This document shows, in pieces, positions 28,222 through 37,736 of a DNA stretch of 64,000 bases. The position numbers and the translations under genes were made by a program. How positions within the stretch are numbered: position 1 is the first letter of the stretch; each line of letters starts with the position of its first letter. Where the stretch lies: the NCBI GenBank assembly GCA_903936565.1, contig CAIZVZ010000019.1, positions 3,559-67,558 of the forward strand, given 5' to 3'. The notes under the pieces are model-generated. The model was not told the DNA's origin, searched no databases, and saw only the letters and a program-made list of their open reading frames with translations. The stretch comes from an uncultured bacterium (GTDB lineage: Bacteria > Patescibacteriota > Minisyncoccia > Phycocordibacterales > CAIZLB01).

Positions 28222-29358
28222 ATGAAAAAATACAAAATTATATGGATATCTATAGTCGTAGTACTTGCGATGGCGGTTGTGATTGCGGTTAGTGGTGGTG
28301 TGGATAGTTCCAATAATTCAGATACTATCAAGATTGGCTTTATTGGTGCTCTTTCGGGGGCTGACCCTTCATACGGAGAGGCCATGAAAGGTGGGGTAGA
28401 AATTGCTGTCGAGGAGATAAATTCTCAAGGTGGAATAGGTGGAAAAAAAGTTGAGGTAATATATGAGGATGGAAAATGTATTGATTCAAAAAGTGCCATA
28501 TCAGCTTTTCAGAAGCTGAATGATATAGATCGTGTTAAAGCCATAATTGGCGGTGGTTGTTCAAATGAAGTGGCTTCTATCACCAAAATGGTTGATAGTA
28601 ACGAGGTATTCTTGATATCCTCTGGCGCATCTAGTCCCGACATTTCTGGTTCAAGTAAATACATCTTTAGAAATTCTATAAACGATACAGAATCTAGTAA
28701 ACAATTGGCGATTCAAATCATTAAAGATGGTTACAACGATATTGCGATTATTACCGATAATTCAGATTATGCCTCAGGGTTTAGAAAATCATTTATAAAT
28801 GAGTTTGATAAGGTTGGTGGTGTCGTGAGTGTTGATACGATTGTTCAAGCCAATCAATCTGATTATAGATCTGATATTGCTAAACTAAAAGCCGTTAATC
28901 CAAAGGTAATATTTATTAATCCGGCTGTTCCAAAAACTGCGGGTATTATAATAAAACAAATAAAGGAAGCTGGTTTGAATTCTAAAATATATTTAACTTT
29001 CATGGCTACACCTGCATTTTTCAATATTGCAGGGGATAGTGCTGATGGAGCAACTGTGATTGATTTACCAAAGGTTACTGGTGATCTTTCTCGTAATATT
29101 CTTACAAAGTTTGAAACTATATACGGTCACAAAACTGTTTATGAATATAATACAGTTGCCGCCTATGATGCGGTGATGGTAATAAAAGAGGCGATAGTAA
29201 AGGTTGGATATGATTCTAACAAGATATCTAATTATTTATCTAAACATAATTTCTCTGGTGGGCTGGGTAATTTTAGTTTCAATGATCAGGGTGATGTTTC
29301 TGGAATGAAATACACACTTCAAATTATTAAGGGGCATGAGTTGGTGGAGATAAAATAG
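28222..29358 (+). CDS. LivJ-like solute-binding protein, TM-anchored (SBP6)
   Basis: IKIGFIGALSG, EDGKC...GGGCS, DYRSDIAKLK, AYDAV. Confidence 0.9.
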   Translation: MKKYKIIWISIVVVLAMAVVIAVSGGVDSSNNSDTIKIGFIGALSGADPSYGEAMKGGVEIAVEEINSQGGIGGKKVEVIYEDGKCIDSKSAISAFQKLNDIDRVKAIIGGGCSNEVASITKMVDSNEVFLISSGASSPDISGSSKYIFRNSINDTESSKQLAIQIIKDGYNDIAIITDNSDYASGFRKSFINEFDKVGGVVSVDTIVQANQSDYRSDIAKLKAVNPKVIFINPAVPKTAGIIIKQIKEAGLNSKIYLTFMATPAFFNIAGDSADGATVIDLPKVTGDLSRNILTKFETIYGHKTVYEYNTVAAYDAVMVIKEAIVKVGYDSNKISNYLSKHNFSGGLGNFSFNDQGDVSGMKYTLQIIKGHELVEIK

Positions 29359-29365
29359 CTTATAA

Positions 29366-29401
29366 ATAAAGGGCCCCGCAGATATCTGCGGGGCCCTTTA
29401 T
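29366..29401. terminator. Perfect 36-bp GC-rich palindrome, probable bidirectional terminator
   Basis: ataaagggccccgcagat|atctgcggggccctttat between convergent SBP6 and SBP7. Confidence 0.75.
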
Positions 29402-29416
29402 CGTAGGTTCTCGTAA

Positions 29417-30499
29417 TTATTTTATTAACATCATCACTCCATTCTCAATCTTTGCTGGAAAAAGCGGAAAATTTATTTCTCCTTTTTCATTAACATTTAA
29501 TTTCCCCATCAATCCATCAAAGTCTTTTACGTTCTTAAGATTATTGAATACTTCTTTTGAATTATTTGCGCCCTTGAGCGATTGACTATATATCCCTGTA
29601 AGATCATAACCTATTGCTGAATATGCACTTGGTTTGGTTTTATATTTATTTTCGTAAGCAGCAGAGAAGTCCATCACTTTCTGATTACCAGATAAATAAT
29701 ATTCTGGAGTTGTAAGATAGACTCCTTCGGCTAAGTTACCTGCTTTTTCTTGAACAGTTTGTGATGATAATATCCAGTTTGTCATTTTGACTTTATCGAA
29801 ATTCATTTCTTTCATCTGCTTAAGAATGCTAACAAGTTGATTATCTAATCCTATGATGTACACACCTTCAGCTTCAGAGTTTTTAATTTTAGTAATTTGA
29901 GTTTTGAAATCTTGATCCTTTTTATCAAACTCCTCAATATCTACAATAGAAGCGCCTGATTTTTCTGCAACATCTTTAAACACTTCTCCATAAGTTTTTC
30001 CATACTCGTCATTACTTACAAGAAAGGAAATCTTCTTAAGATTAAGTGATTTGGTGGCGAAGTTTGCCATGATTGGAGCTTCTTGCTCAGCTGAAGTAAA
30101 ATATCTTATAGACAAATCTCCTTGTGCTTTTCTTGCAGAAACTAATGTTTGCATAGAGAAGATTCCATCCTTTTCTGCTATCGGAACGACAGCATTAGCA
30201 ACTGAGCTTAAGGAAAGTATAACGGAACCAAGGTTGTTCTGTGATTTTAACTTCTGATATGCTGAAATTGCTGAATTGGTATTTGATTGGCTGTCTTCAT
30301 AAACTAAATTGATCTTTGTATCTTGATTAGCTAAATCCATTCCTTTCTTCATTTCCTCACCAAAAAACTGAGCGGGGCCAGTAAGGGGAAGTACGGCACC
30401 TATTACAAGAGGTTTGCTGTTACTTGAATTAGTGAATAATATTGTGCCTATTGTGATAACAAGAATAACTGCGACTATTGATATAATTTTGTTTTTCAT
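29417..30499 (-). CDS. LivJ-like solute-binding protein, TM-anchored (SBP7)
   Basis: IGAVLPLTGP, DFKTQITKIK, GYD, GLMGKL; start placed at ATG 30499 (MKNKII). Confidence 0.88.
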   Translation of the reverse strand: MKNKIISIVAVILVITIGTILFTNSSNSKPLVIGAVLPLTGPAQFFGEEMKKGMDLANQDTKINLVYEDSQSNTNSAISAYQKLKSQNNLGSVILSLSSVANAVVPIAEKDGIFSMQTLVSARKAQGDLSIRYFTSAEQEAPIMANFATKSLNLKKISFLVSNDEYGKTYGEVFKDVAEKSGASIVDIEEFDKKDQDFKTQITKIKNSEAEGVYIIGLDNQLVSILKQMKEMNFDKVKMTNWILSSQTVQEKAGNLAEGVYLTTPEYYLSGNQKVMDFSAAYENKYKTKPSAYSAIGYDLTGIYSQSLKGANNSKEVFNNLKNVKDFDGLMGKLNVNEKGEINFPLFPAKIENGVMMLIK

Positions 30500-30604
30500 A
30501 TTTGTGTCAATATAATAAAACGATATGATAGCTCTGTCAAAGATGTATGACATAATCTAGGAATATACCGCTATAAACAAAGCCAGAACGGAAAATATGA
30601 AATG

Positions 30605-30645
30605 TTGTCACGGATTTTGACAAAATACATACCAAGAGATATTAT
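30605..30645 (+). promoter_or_regulatory. R7 promoter with overlapping TTGTC-N9-GACAA operator
   Basis: ttgtc-acggatttt-gacaa (30605-30623) overlaps TTGACA(30617)-17-TATTAT(30640). Confidence 0.6.
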
Positions 30646-30655
30646 TGTAATTATA

Positions 30656-31402
30656 ATGGATACACTAGAATACAAAAATAAGCTGATTTCTCTTGGTTTA
30701 ACAGATAGGCAGGCTGTTGTTTATATTAAAGCTTTGGAATTCGGATCATTTTCAGTTGCGAGTTTGGCCCATGCTACGGGTATTAAAAGGCCAACTTGCT
30801 ATCTTGTTTTGGATGAATTATCTCAAAAGGGCTTAGTTTCTGTTATTCCTAATGCTAAGAAGACCAAATATAAAGCGGAGTCACCGGAGATTCTGATCAA
30901 ACAGATTGAAACGCAGATGGTTACCGCTAAAAGAGTTTCAAATGATTTGCTCAAGCTCTATAATCCGAAGGCAGAAGGACCTACTTTGCTGTATTTCTCT
31001 GGACAGAAGGCAATCAGAGGTATATTTGATGATGTCTTGAAGGTAAAAAGTAAGGAGTATTTGTATATTGGATCAGGAAGAGATGTTATTGATATGGTTG
31101 GAAAGGAATATATTGACCATTGGCTAACGGAAAGAGTTGAAAAGGAGATAATAGCAAGAAGTATTAGAATGAAGAGTACAGAGGTTATGGAGGATATATA
31201 TCAAACAAATATTATGCGTGATTTGCGTCTTGCTCCTGATTTTATCCATATTGCTGAGACTATATTTATTTATGACAACAAAGTCTCCATCATATCTACT
31301 TCTAATGAGAACTTTGGTTTTGTTGTAGAAAACAAAGAGTTTGCAAATACCATGCGTGGCTTGTTTGAGGCACTTTGGGCAGTTTCAGAAAATAGATCAT
31401 AA
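30656..31402 (+). CDS. TrmB-family regulator (R7)
   Basis: LGLTDRQAVVYIKAL...GIKRPTCYLVLDELSQKGLV; FIYDNKVSII; LFEALW; start ATG 30656. Confidence 0.88.
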   Translation: MDTLEYKNKLISLGLTDRQAVVYIKALEFGSFSVASLAHATGIKRPTCYLVLDELSQKGLVSVIPNAKKTKYKAESPEILIKQIETQMVTAKRVSNDLLKLYNPKAEGPTLLYFSGQKAIRGIFDDVLKVKSKEYLYIGSGRDVIDMVGKEYIDHWLTERVEKEIIARSIRMKSTEVMEDIYQTNIMRDLRLAPDFIHIAETIFIYDNKVSIISTSNENFGFVVENKEFANTMRGLFEALWAVSENRS

Positions 31403-31464
31403 CAAAAACACCTTAGATTTAATTTCTAAGGTGTTTTCGTGATTATATATTGTTTGAGATTATA

Positions 31465-32514
31465 TTATTTCTGTTCTTCCAACCATTTCCATACAGCCTC
31501 GTTTAGCATAATTGTCTCAACATAAATTGTAGCTCTCACGCGGTCTGCATCTTTGTAGTAGTTAAGTAGGGCGTCAACTTCTTTCTTGATTGCATCCTCT
31601 GAAACTTCAATCTTTTCTTCAATTGCAATCTTGTTCAAGAGTAGTTGTGTCTTTGCTCTTTTCTCTGCATCTGGTCTCCATTCTTTCTTTATATCCTCAA
31701 GTGTCTTTCCAATGTGTCTCAAGTAGTCCTCGATAGAAAGTCCCATTTGAGAAATGTTTGATGACATCTCAGCAACCATTTTCTCAAGTTCTGAAAGAAT
31801 TAGCATCTCTGGCATTTCTATTTCAGATTCCTTGATAATTTCCTCCATTATCTTTAATCTCTTCTTTTCCTTTTCTTTGCGAGTTTTGTCTGCTGTGATT
31901 CCTTCTTTAACTTTTTCCTTAAATTCCTCAACTGTTTTTAGGTCGCCAAATTTCTTTATAAAATCTTCATTCACTTCTGGAAGTTCCAGTTCTCCATGAT
32001 TGTGATCATGATCATCTGGATTATTTGCATGATGCTCATCGTGAGCAACTTGTTTTCTAAGTTCCTCTACAGCTTCATCGACTTCTTTGTCGTTTACTGT
32101 AACTTCAACTTTTTCAGCCATTATCTTACTAGCTGATTTCTTATACTTTCCAATTTTTACTTCTGGCATTAGAGCTGTTCTAACTTTAAAACCAAATGCC
32201 TCATTTGGTGCTACTTTTGTAATTGTAAATGCAGGTGATCCAACAGCCTTTATATCAAGAGATGTAATTATTTCTGTATAGTGATGTTCAAGTGCCAACC
32301 TTCCAGCTTCCTCGGTTATTGCCATTTCTCCCAGCTTGTCCACAAGTTGTTTTTCTGGAATATGACCTGGTCTGAAGCCGTCAATTTTAACTTCTTCATT
32401 AAAGCTCTTTAGGGCTTTGGCTCTAAACTCTGCGACTGTTTCTGCATTGATTTCACCTTCAACTTCGAATTCTGAATTAGGAAGTTTTTGTTTGTTGGTT
32501 ATTGTAAAAGACAT
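31465..32514 (-). CDS. tig: Trigger factor lacking the central FKBP domain
   Basis: Ribosome-binding motif IDGFRPGHIP; only 349 aa; C-terminal chaperone domain present. Confidence 0.88.
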   Translation of the reverse strand: MSFTITNKQKLPNSEFEVEGEINAETVAEFRAKALKSFNEEVKIDGFRPGHIPEKQLVDKLGEMAITEEAGRLALEHHYTEIITSLDIKAVGSPAFTITKVAPNEAFGFKVRTALMPEVKIGKYKKSASKIMAEKVEVTVNDKEVDEAVEELRKQVAHDEHHANNPDDHDHNHGELELPEVNEDFIKKFGDLKTVEEFKEKVKEGITADKTRKEKEKKRLKIMEEIIKESEIEMPEMLILSELEKMVAEMSSNISQMGLSIEDYLRHIGKTLEDIKKEWRPDAEKRAKTQLLLNKIAIEEKIEVSEDAIKKEVDALLNYYKDADRVRATIYVETIMLNEAVWKWLEEQK

Positions 32515-32537
32515 TTTATTTGATTTATTCTGAATAA

Positions 32538-33092
32538 TTATTTTGCCACACTATCCTTATTGCCATACTTCTCTTCATAGAGTTTCTTGGCTCTATCAAA
32601 GGCTTTCTTTGCATCCTCTGCTCCACCTATGCTATCAATTGTAACAATTTTCTTTTGCATTTGCTTGTATGTCAAAAAGAAGTGTTCAATCTCTTCAATT
32701 GTGTGAGGATTAACATCTGACAAATCGTGAACATTATTCCATCTTGGATCCCCTACAGGAACGGCGACGATCTTTGCATCTGAATCTCCATCGTCAACCA
32801 TGTTTAAAATTGCAACAGGGCGAATACGCGCCATTACTCCTGGGATAAGGGCGTGAGTTGTAAGAATTACAGTATCAAGTGGGTCACCATCATCCCAAAG
32901 TGTTCTTGGAATAAATCCATAATCAAATGGATAATCTTGTGTTGTATAACCAACTCTGTCAAGTGAGATTAATCCTGTCTTTTTATCTATTTCATATTTG
33001 TTTTTTGATCCCTTGTTGATTTCAATGATTGTTATCATTTCCTCTGGAGTTCCGGAATCAATATCGTGCCATAAGTTCATTCTTGTCATCAT
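32538..33092 (-). CDS. ppa: Inorganic pyrophosphatase (family I)
   Basis: NKYEID, YPFDYGFIPRT, DDGDPLD, D.GD.D.K. Confidence 0.95.
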   Translation of the reverse strand: MMTRMNLWHDIDSGTPEEMITIIEINKGSKNKYEIDKKTGLISLDRVGYTTQDYPFDYGFIPRTLWDDGDPLDTVILTTHALIPGVMARIRPVAILNMVDDGDSDAKIVAVPVGDPRWNNVHDLSDVNPHTIEEIEHFFLTYKQMQKKIVTIDSIGGAEDAKKAFDRAKKLYEEKYGNKDSVAK

Positions 33093-33217
33093 TTTGTCAT
33101 TAATTAAGTTCTTATAATTTAATTGTTTAGATATCTTCTGAAATAAGTAACAAAGGGACTTTCCAACGGGTTCGTGTTAGAACCACTTTTGTTTCCATTT
33201 GGAAAGTTGGTTCTTAT

Positions 33218-34510
33218 TTACTCTGCTTCCTTCACTCCATCCTCTGCTTCCACTAGTACTCCGTCTGAAATTAGTTTTGCCACATCGCTATCATTGATTA
33301 CCATTTCTTGTTCATCTTGCAAATCCGCTGCCTCTTCATTGTTATTTCCTTTTCCAAACTTTCCACCAATATCTTCACCACTTAGGTCTTCTACTTTTAC
33401 GGATTGAATGTCGATTCTCCATCCGGTCAGCTTTGCTGCGAGTCTTACGTTTTGTCCTCCTTTTCCGATAGCTAGTGATTGTTGGTCTTCCGCGACTTCA
33501 ACTACTGCTGTCTTATCTTGCTCATTAATCTTGATATTTATAATCTTTGCTGGAGATAGAGCGTCGGCGATGAATTCTGCTGGATTTTCTGACCAATCAA
33601 CGATATCAATTTTTTCTCCATTTAATTCACCTGTTACTGTATTTACTCTGACCCCACGTTGCCCAACCATTGATCCGATTGGATCGATATGTGAGTCTGC
33701 TGCGTAAACTGCAATTTTTGACCTTGCTCCCGCCTCTCTTGCTACTGACTTAACTTCCACTGTTCCTGCTGCAATCTCTGGTACCTCAATCTTGAACAGC
33801 TCTGCCAGGAAGTGGGGTGTTGCACGTGAGAGTCTGAGGAATATTCCTCTTGGAGTTTCCTCAACACGCATGAGGCACGCCCTGATTCTTTCTCCTTGAT
33901 TGTAATGCTCTCCTGGAATTTGCTCATCATATGGAAGCAAACCGATTGCACGTCCCATGTTGATAAATACTGTTCCTCTTTCTATTCTTTCTACTGTCCC
34001 TGAAACAATTTCTCCTTCCTTCTTTCCAAATTCATTGAGTACTGATATCTTCTCTGCCTCTCTGATCTTTTGAATAATGACTTGTTTTGCTGTTTGAGCT
34101 GCGATTCTTCCGTAATCCTCCTTTGTTTCTAGCGGGAAGACTAGTTCTTCGCCCACTTGCACATCCTTCTTAATTTTTCTGGCGATATCCAGCAAAATGT
34201 GCTGTTCGTCGTTGAAAATGACTCTTTCCTCATCTTCTCTGTTGATATCATAGGCTGATTCTGGGAGTGTACCGTCTTCATTGGGGAATATTGTTTTTTC
34301 TGGATCGACGGCGGTTTTTACCTGACAAAACTCTACTTTTCCGGTGTTAATATCAAAAATAGCCCTGATATATTGACCCTTTCTGCCGTACTCCTTCTTA
34401 TAGGCGGTGGCGAGGGCTAATTCTATGGCTTCTAGTATTTTTTCTCTGGGGATTCCTCTCTCTTCTTCTAATTGGTCAAGGACTGAATGTATTACTTTTA
34501 GATCAAACAT
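33218..34510 (-). CDS. nusA: Transcription termination/antitermination factor NusA
   Basis: GRIAAQTAKQVI, S1 domain, AREAGARSKIAV, AIGKGGQNVRLA. Confidence 0.97.
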   Translation of the reverse strand: MFDLKVIHSVLDQLEEERGIPREKILEAIELALATAYKKEYGRKGQYIRAIFDINTGKVEFCQVKTAVDPEKTIFPNEDGTLPESAYDINREDEERVIFNDEQHILLDIARKIKKDVQVGEELVFPLETKEDYGRIAAQTAKQVIIQKIREAEKISVLNEFGKKEGEIVSGTVERIERGTVFINMGRAIGLLPYDEQIPGEHYNQGERIRACLMRVEETPRGIFLRLSRATPHFLAELFKIEVPEIAAGTVEVKSVAREAGARSKIAVYAADSHIDPIGSMVGQRGVRVNTVTGELNGEKIDIVDWSENPAEFIADALSPAKIINIKINEQDKTAVVEVAEDQQSLAIGKGGQNVRLAAKLTGWRIDIQSVKVEDLSGEDIGGKFGKGNNNEEAADLQDEQEMVINDSDVAKLISDGVLVEAEDGVKEAE

Positions 34511-34669
34511 GATATTTAATTGTTATTTAGTTGTTTAAGTTTGTTTGGCTGGCGCCGATTCGGGCCTTTTTAAGGCTTTGTTTGGTCGAATTTGACCTTG
34601 CGACACCCGTCTCTTTTGGATAAACCCTTTATTTAAGCCGTATAATATGGCTCTTTGTGAGTTTTTGGG

Positions 34670-34745
34670 AAAAAAATTAGCCCGCCTTTCGGGCGAACAT
34701 AACTTGAGACCTCATTAATATAGCATTGTTTGGTAAAATGGTCAA
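34670..34745 (-). promoter_or_regulatory. nusA promoter and leader hairpin with U-tract
   Basis: TTGACC-17-TATATT (34745-34717), then GCCCG-aaagg-CGGGC-taa-T7. Confidence 0.6.
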
Positions 34746-34787
34746 AAAAAGTTGTAATATTAATGTTTGACTAACGACTCATTAAGT

Positions 34788-36620
34788 ATGCAACAGGCTA
34801 TTACAAATACTAAAGATTCGACTGAAAAGAAAGAAAAGGACGTTTTTATAGGATTAAACTTCTATAGAATCCTTAAGCTTGTTTGGGCGTATGATAAAAC
34901 CTACTTGATAGTGGAGTTTCTTTTGACTGTATTGAGGTCGGTTTTGCCGTTCGTCTTGGCTTGGTATTCGGCGTTGTTTATTAATAAAATAACATCTGGA
35001 GAATTAACTAGTATTTTTGATCCAGGACTAATTAGCATTGTCGTTGTTTACTTATCGTTGCCGCTTGTGATGGGACTAGCTGATGTTTGGTATACGTACT
35101 TTTTCAATAAATTCTATGTGTTTTTTGCTCAATATATACACTTGATGTTTATAGAAAAAAGGCATGAAATTGACGTTCAAACTTATGAAAACGCTGATTT
35201 TAACAACCTTGTCGTTAGGGTTAATGAGAATGAAGAAAAGATACTCTGGTTTACCGACTGGTTCTTTTATATAGTTGGTAAGTTTGTAGTACTAGCTTCT
35301 GTTGCCTTCATTCTTTTCAATTATAGATGGTGGTTTTTACCAATACTAATATTGTCTATACTTCCAGATTTAGTTTTGCAAATTAAGTTTGGTAAAATTA
35401 AGTATGGCATTTGGGATGCTAAATCAGAAGTTAAGCGTAAATTTAACTTGTTAACATTTTATTTTTCTGATATCGCCTCTTTAACTGAAATTAAGATATT
35501 TAAAAACAAGGATTATTTTAAAAATATAATAAGTAGCCTACTCGGGTCTTTTAATGTCGAATTAAACAACAATGAGAATCGAAGAACAAAATATAAAAAT
35601 CTAACCACCTTGATTGAGGTTTTTGTGGGTGCTGTAATTGTCTTTTATTTAATGAATGATGTGATTGGTAAAACCTTAGCAGTTGGAACATTCATCTTTC
35701 TTTTGGGTAGAATGTCTGATACTAGAGAATCAATCTCGGAACTATTTAGGGGATTTTCTATCTTGAGCAGTGATAATAAATTTATTACAGATGTTTTTAA
35801 ATTCCTTGATACAAAAAAGGTTGTGAAGAACGGTCGTGTTAAAATAGATAAGGGGACTCCTGAAATTGAATTTTCAAATGTGTCATTTGCTTACCCTGAT
35901 ACAAAAAAGAATGTACTAAATAATTTCGATTTTAAAATTAAAGCGGGGGAAAAGATTGCTATTGTTGGAGTTAATGGAGCTGGAAAGACGACTCTTACAA
36001 AATTAATAATGAGATTCTATGATGTAACAAAAGGGTCAATATCGATTGGAGGGGAAAACATAAAGAATATTGATCTATCTGATTATTACCAAAGAGTTGG
36101 ACACCTGTCTCAAAATTATGCGCATTATAAATTACCTGCTAAAGAAATTATTGCACTTGGAAACACAGAACTACCTTTAGATATTGATCGGGTGATTGAA
36201 TCTGCTAAAAAGTCTGGTGCGCATGAATTTATTTCGGCGTGGGAAAAGGGGTATGATACTCAGCTTGGAAAGGAGTTTGACGACGGTGTCGAACCGTCTG
36301 TTGGTCAGTGGCAAAAGCTTGCGCTTGCTAGAATGTTTTACAAAAATCCACAAATTTGGATATTGGATGAGCCAACAGCTTCGATTGACTCTGTTGCTGA
36401 AATGGAAATATTCCAAGAGCTAGAAAATCTACCAGAAGATAAGACTGTCATATTAATTTCTCACAGATTTAATACGGTAAAGAATGCTAACAGAATTATG
36501 GTTATTGAAGATGGGGAGGTGAAGGAGTTTGATAGCCATCACAAATTGATGAAAATCAAAGATGGAATTTATAAGAAATTATTTGAGATGCAGAAGAAGT
36601 CTTATGAGACGGTGGTATAG
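34788..36620 (+). CDS. ABC exporter, fused permease/ATP-binding protein
   Basis: Multiple TM helices, GVNGAGKT, PSVGQWQ signature variant, ILDEPT, ISHR (alternative TTG start 34767). Confidence 0.9.
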   Translation: MQQAITNTKDSTEKKEKDVFIGLNFYRILKLVWAYDKTYLIVEFLLTVLRSVLPFVLAWYSALFINKITSGELTSIFDPGLISIVVVYLSLPLVMGLADVWYTYFFNKFYVFFAQYIHLMFIEKRHEIDVQTYENADFNNLVVRVNENEEKILWFTDWFFYIVGKFVVLASVAFILFNYRWWFLPILILSILPDLVLQIKFGKIKYGIWDAKSEVKRKFNLLTFYFSDIASLTEIKIFKNKDYFKNIISSLLGSFNVELNNNENRRTKYKNLTTLIEVFVGAVIVFYLMNDVIGKTLAVGTFIFLLGRMSDTRESISELFRGFSILSSDNKFITDVFKFLDTKKVVKNGRVKIDKGTPEIEFSNVSFAYPDTKKNVLNNFDFKIKAGEKIAIVGVNGAGKTTLTKLIMRFYDVTKGSISIGGENIKNIDLSDYYQRVGHLSQNYAHYKLPAKEIIALGNTELPLDIDRVIESAKKSGAHEFISAWEKGYDTQLGKEFDDGVEPSVGQWQKLALARMFYKNPQIWILDEPTASIDSVAEMEIFQELENLPEDKTVILISHRFNTVKNANRIMVIEDGEVKEFDSHHKLMKIKDGIYKKLFEMQKKSYETVV

Positions 36621-36630
36621 TTCATTGTCA

Positions 36631-37572
36631 TTATTCTTGAATTTTTTCAAATGATGTCTTGGCATCGTTTACCCTAAAACCTGTCGCGGGGACCAGTCTC
36701 GATCTAAGTTTGTATTTTGCAAGAAAATCATCGTAAGAGTCTCGCATTCTATTTTGATCGCCATTTGTCCAATTTCTCCACAGGTCTTTTTCGTATTTAT
36801 TGGTGGCTCTTTTGAATTTAAAATTTTTCCACCAGGCTTTAATTTTGTTACCTTTTTTTAATTCTGAAACTACCGAGAGGGGAGATTCTTTCGTCTTGGT
36901 TAGAACATTGTATCCCAACACGGCGCCAGATTTTGGATCTCTAACAGCGATTGTCGTATATTTCATTTTGTCGTGAGCTAGAAAAATTCGCATGTCAGGA
37001 GTGGAATGGAGAAGGTTTGGATATGAATTTTCCATTTTTTCTGGTTTATGACCCCTAATCCAGTTGGAAAACCTTGTAAAGAAACCTAACTTCTTTGGCA
37101 CTGGCGGTCTCATAGTCTCTGACGGATGTGTATGTATAAGATGGTATTTTTCATCTGTATTGCGCTCTTGTTTAAATAAGTTGAGTTTTATATGGTTTGG
37201 TGAAGATTCTATGGTTTCTAATTCTCTTGCACCTTTACCATCCTTATATTTTATAAACGCATGCTCGATGTGAGGCCTGGTTGTACCTTCTATAACCTCA
37301 ACAGTTCTTCTTTTGGGTAACGGGGGTGGATCTATAGTACTCCTTATTGTTTTTGGAGCTGTACCAGCAAGGTCTTTTCTCTTCAGTCTTTCTGCGGTGC
37401 GTGTGGATTCATAGTCTAGGTGTGAAATTTCTGAATCTTGTACTCCATACGGGTCCCTGGCTCTTTCGAGGGTAACTGGCATGGATTCCTTCGTAGTATA
37501 ATCATCTGAGATGGCAGGCTCGGATTCATAAGTGGTTTTCGGATCTTCCACAAAACTAAAGCTCTCTTTCAT
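36631..37572 (-). CDS. Hypothetical protein with JAB/MPN-like metal motif
   Basis: IEHAF...LIHTHP...HSTPD; N-terminal PPPLP; start placed at ATG 37572. Confidence 0.5.
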   Translation of the reverse strand: MKESFSFVEDPKTTYESEPAISDDYTTKESMPVTLERARDPYGVQDSEISHLDYESTRTAERLKRKDLAGTAPKTIRSTIDPPPLPKRRTVEVIEGTTRPHIEHAFIKYKDGKGARELETIESSPNHIKLNLFKQERNTDEKYHLIHTHPSETMRPPVPKKLGFFTRFSNWIRGHKPEKMENSYPNLLHSTPDMRIFLAHDKMKYTTIAVRDPKSGAVLGYNVLTKTKESPLSVVSELKKGNKIKAWWKNFKFKRATNKYEKDLWRNWTNGDQNRMRDSYDDFLAKYKLRSRLVPATGFRVNDAKTSFEKIQE

Positions 37573-37736
37573 AGTTAATTTAATTATAATTTTTTTGTTT
37601 AGAATAAACAAGCTTGAAGCAGGTGGGGTGTTTTATTCAAAATTTTATCCATTTGTTGCTCATGTTTATTTTTTTTAGCATCTTATACCCTGATTTTTAT
37701 AGAATTAAATTTCTTGGCGTGATATAATTTACATAA

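Noticed and set aside
34788-36620. ABC protein as the transporter for the SBP array
   Set aside because: It has a fused exporter architecture, not the LivHMGF importer type
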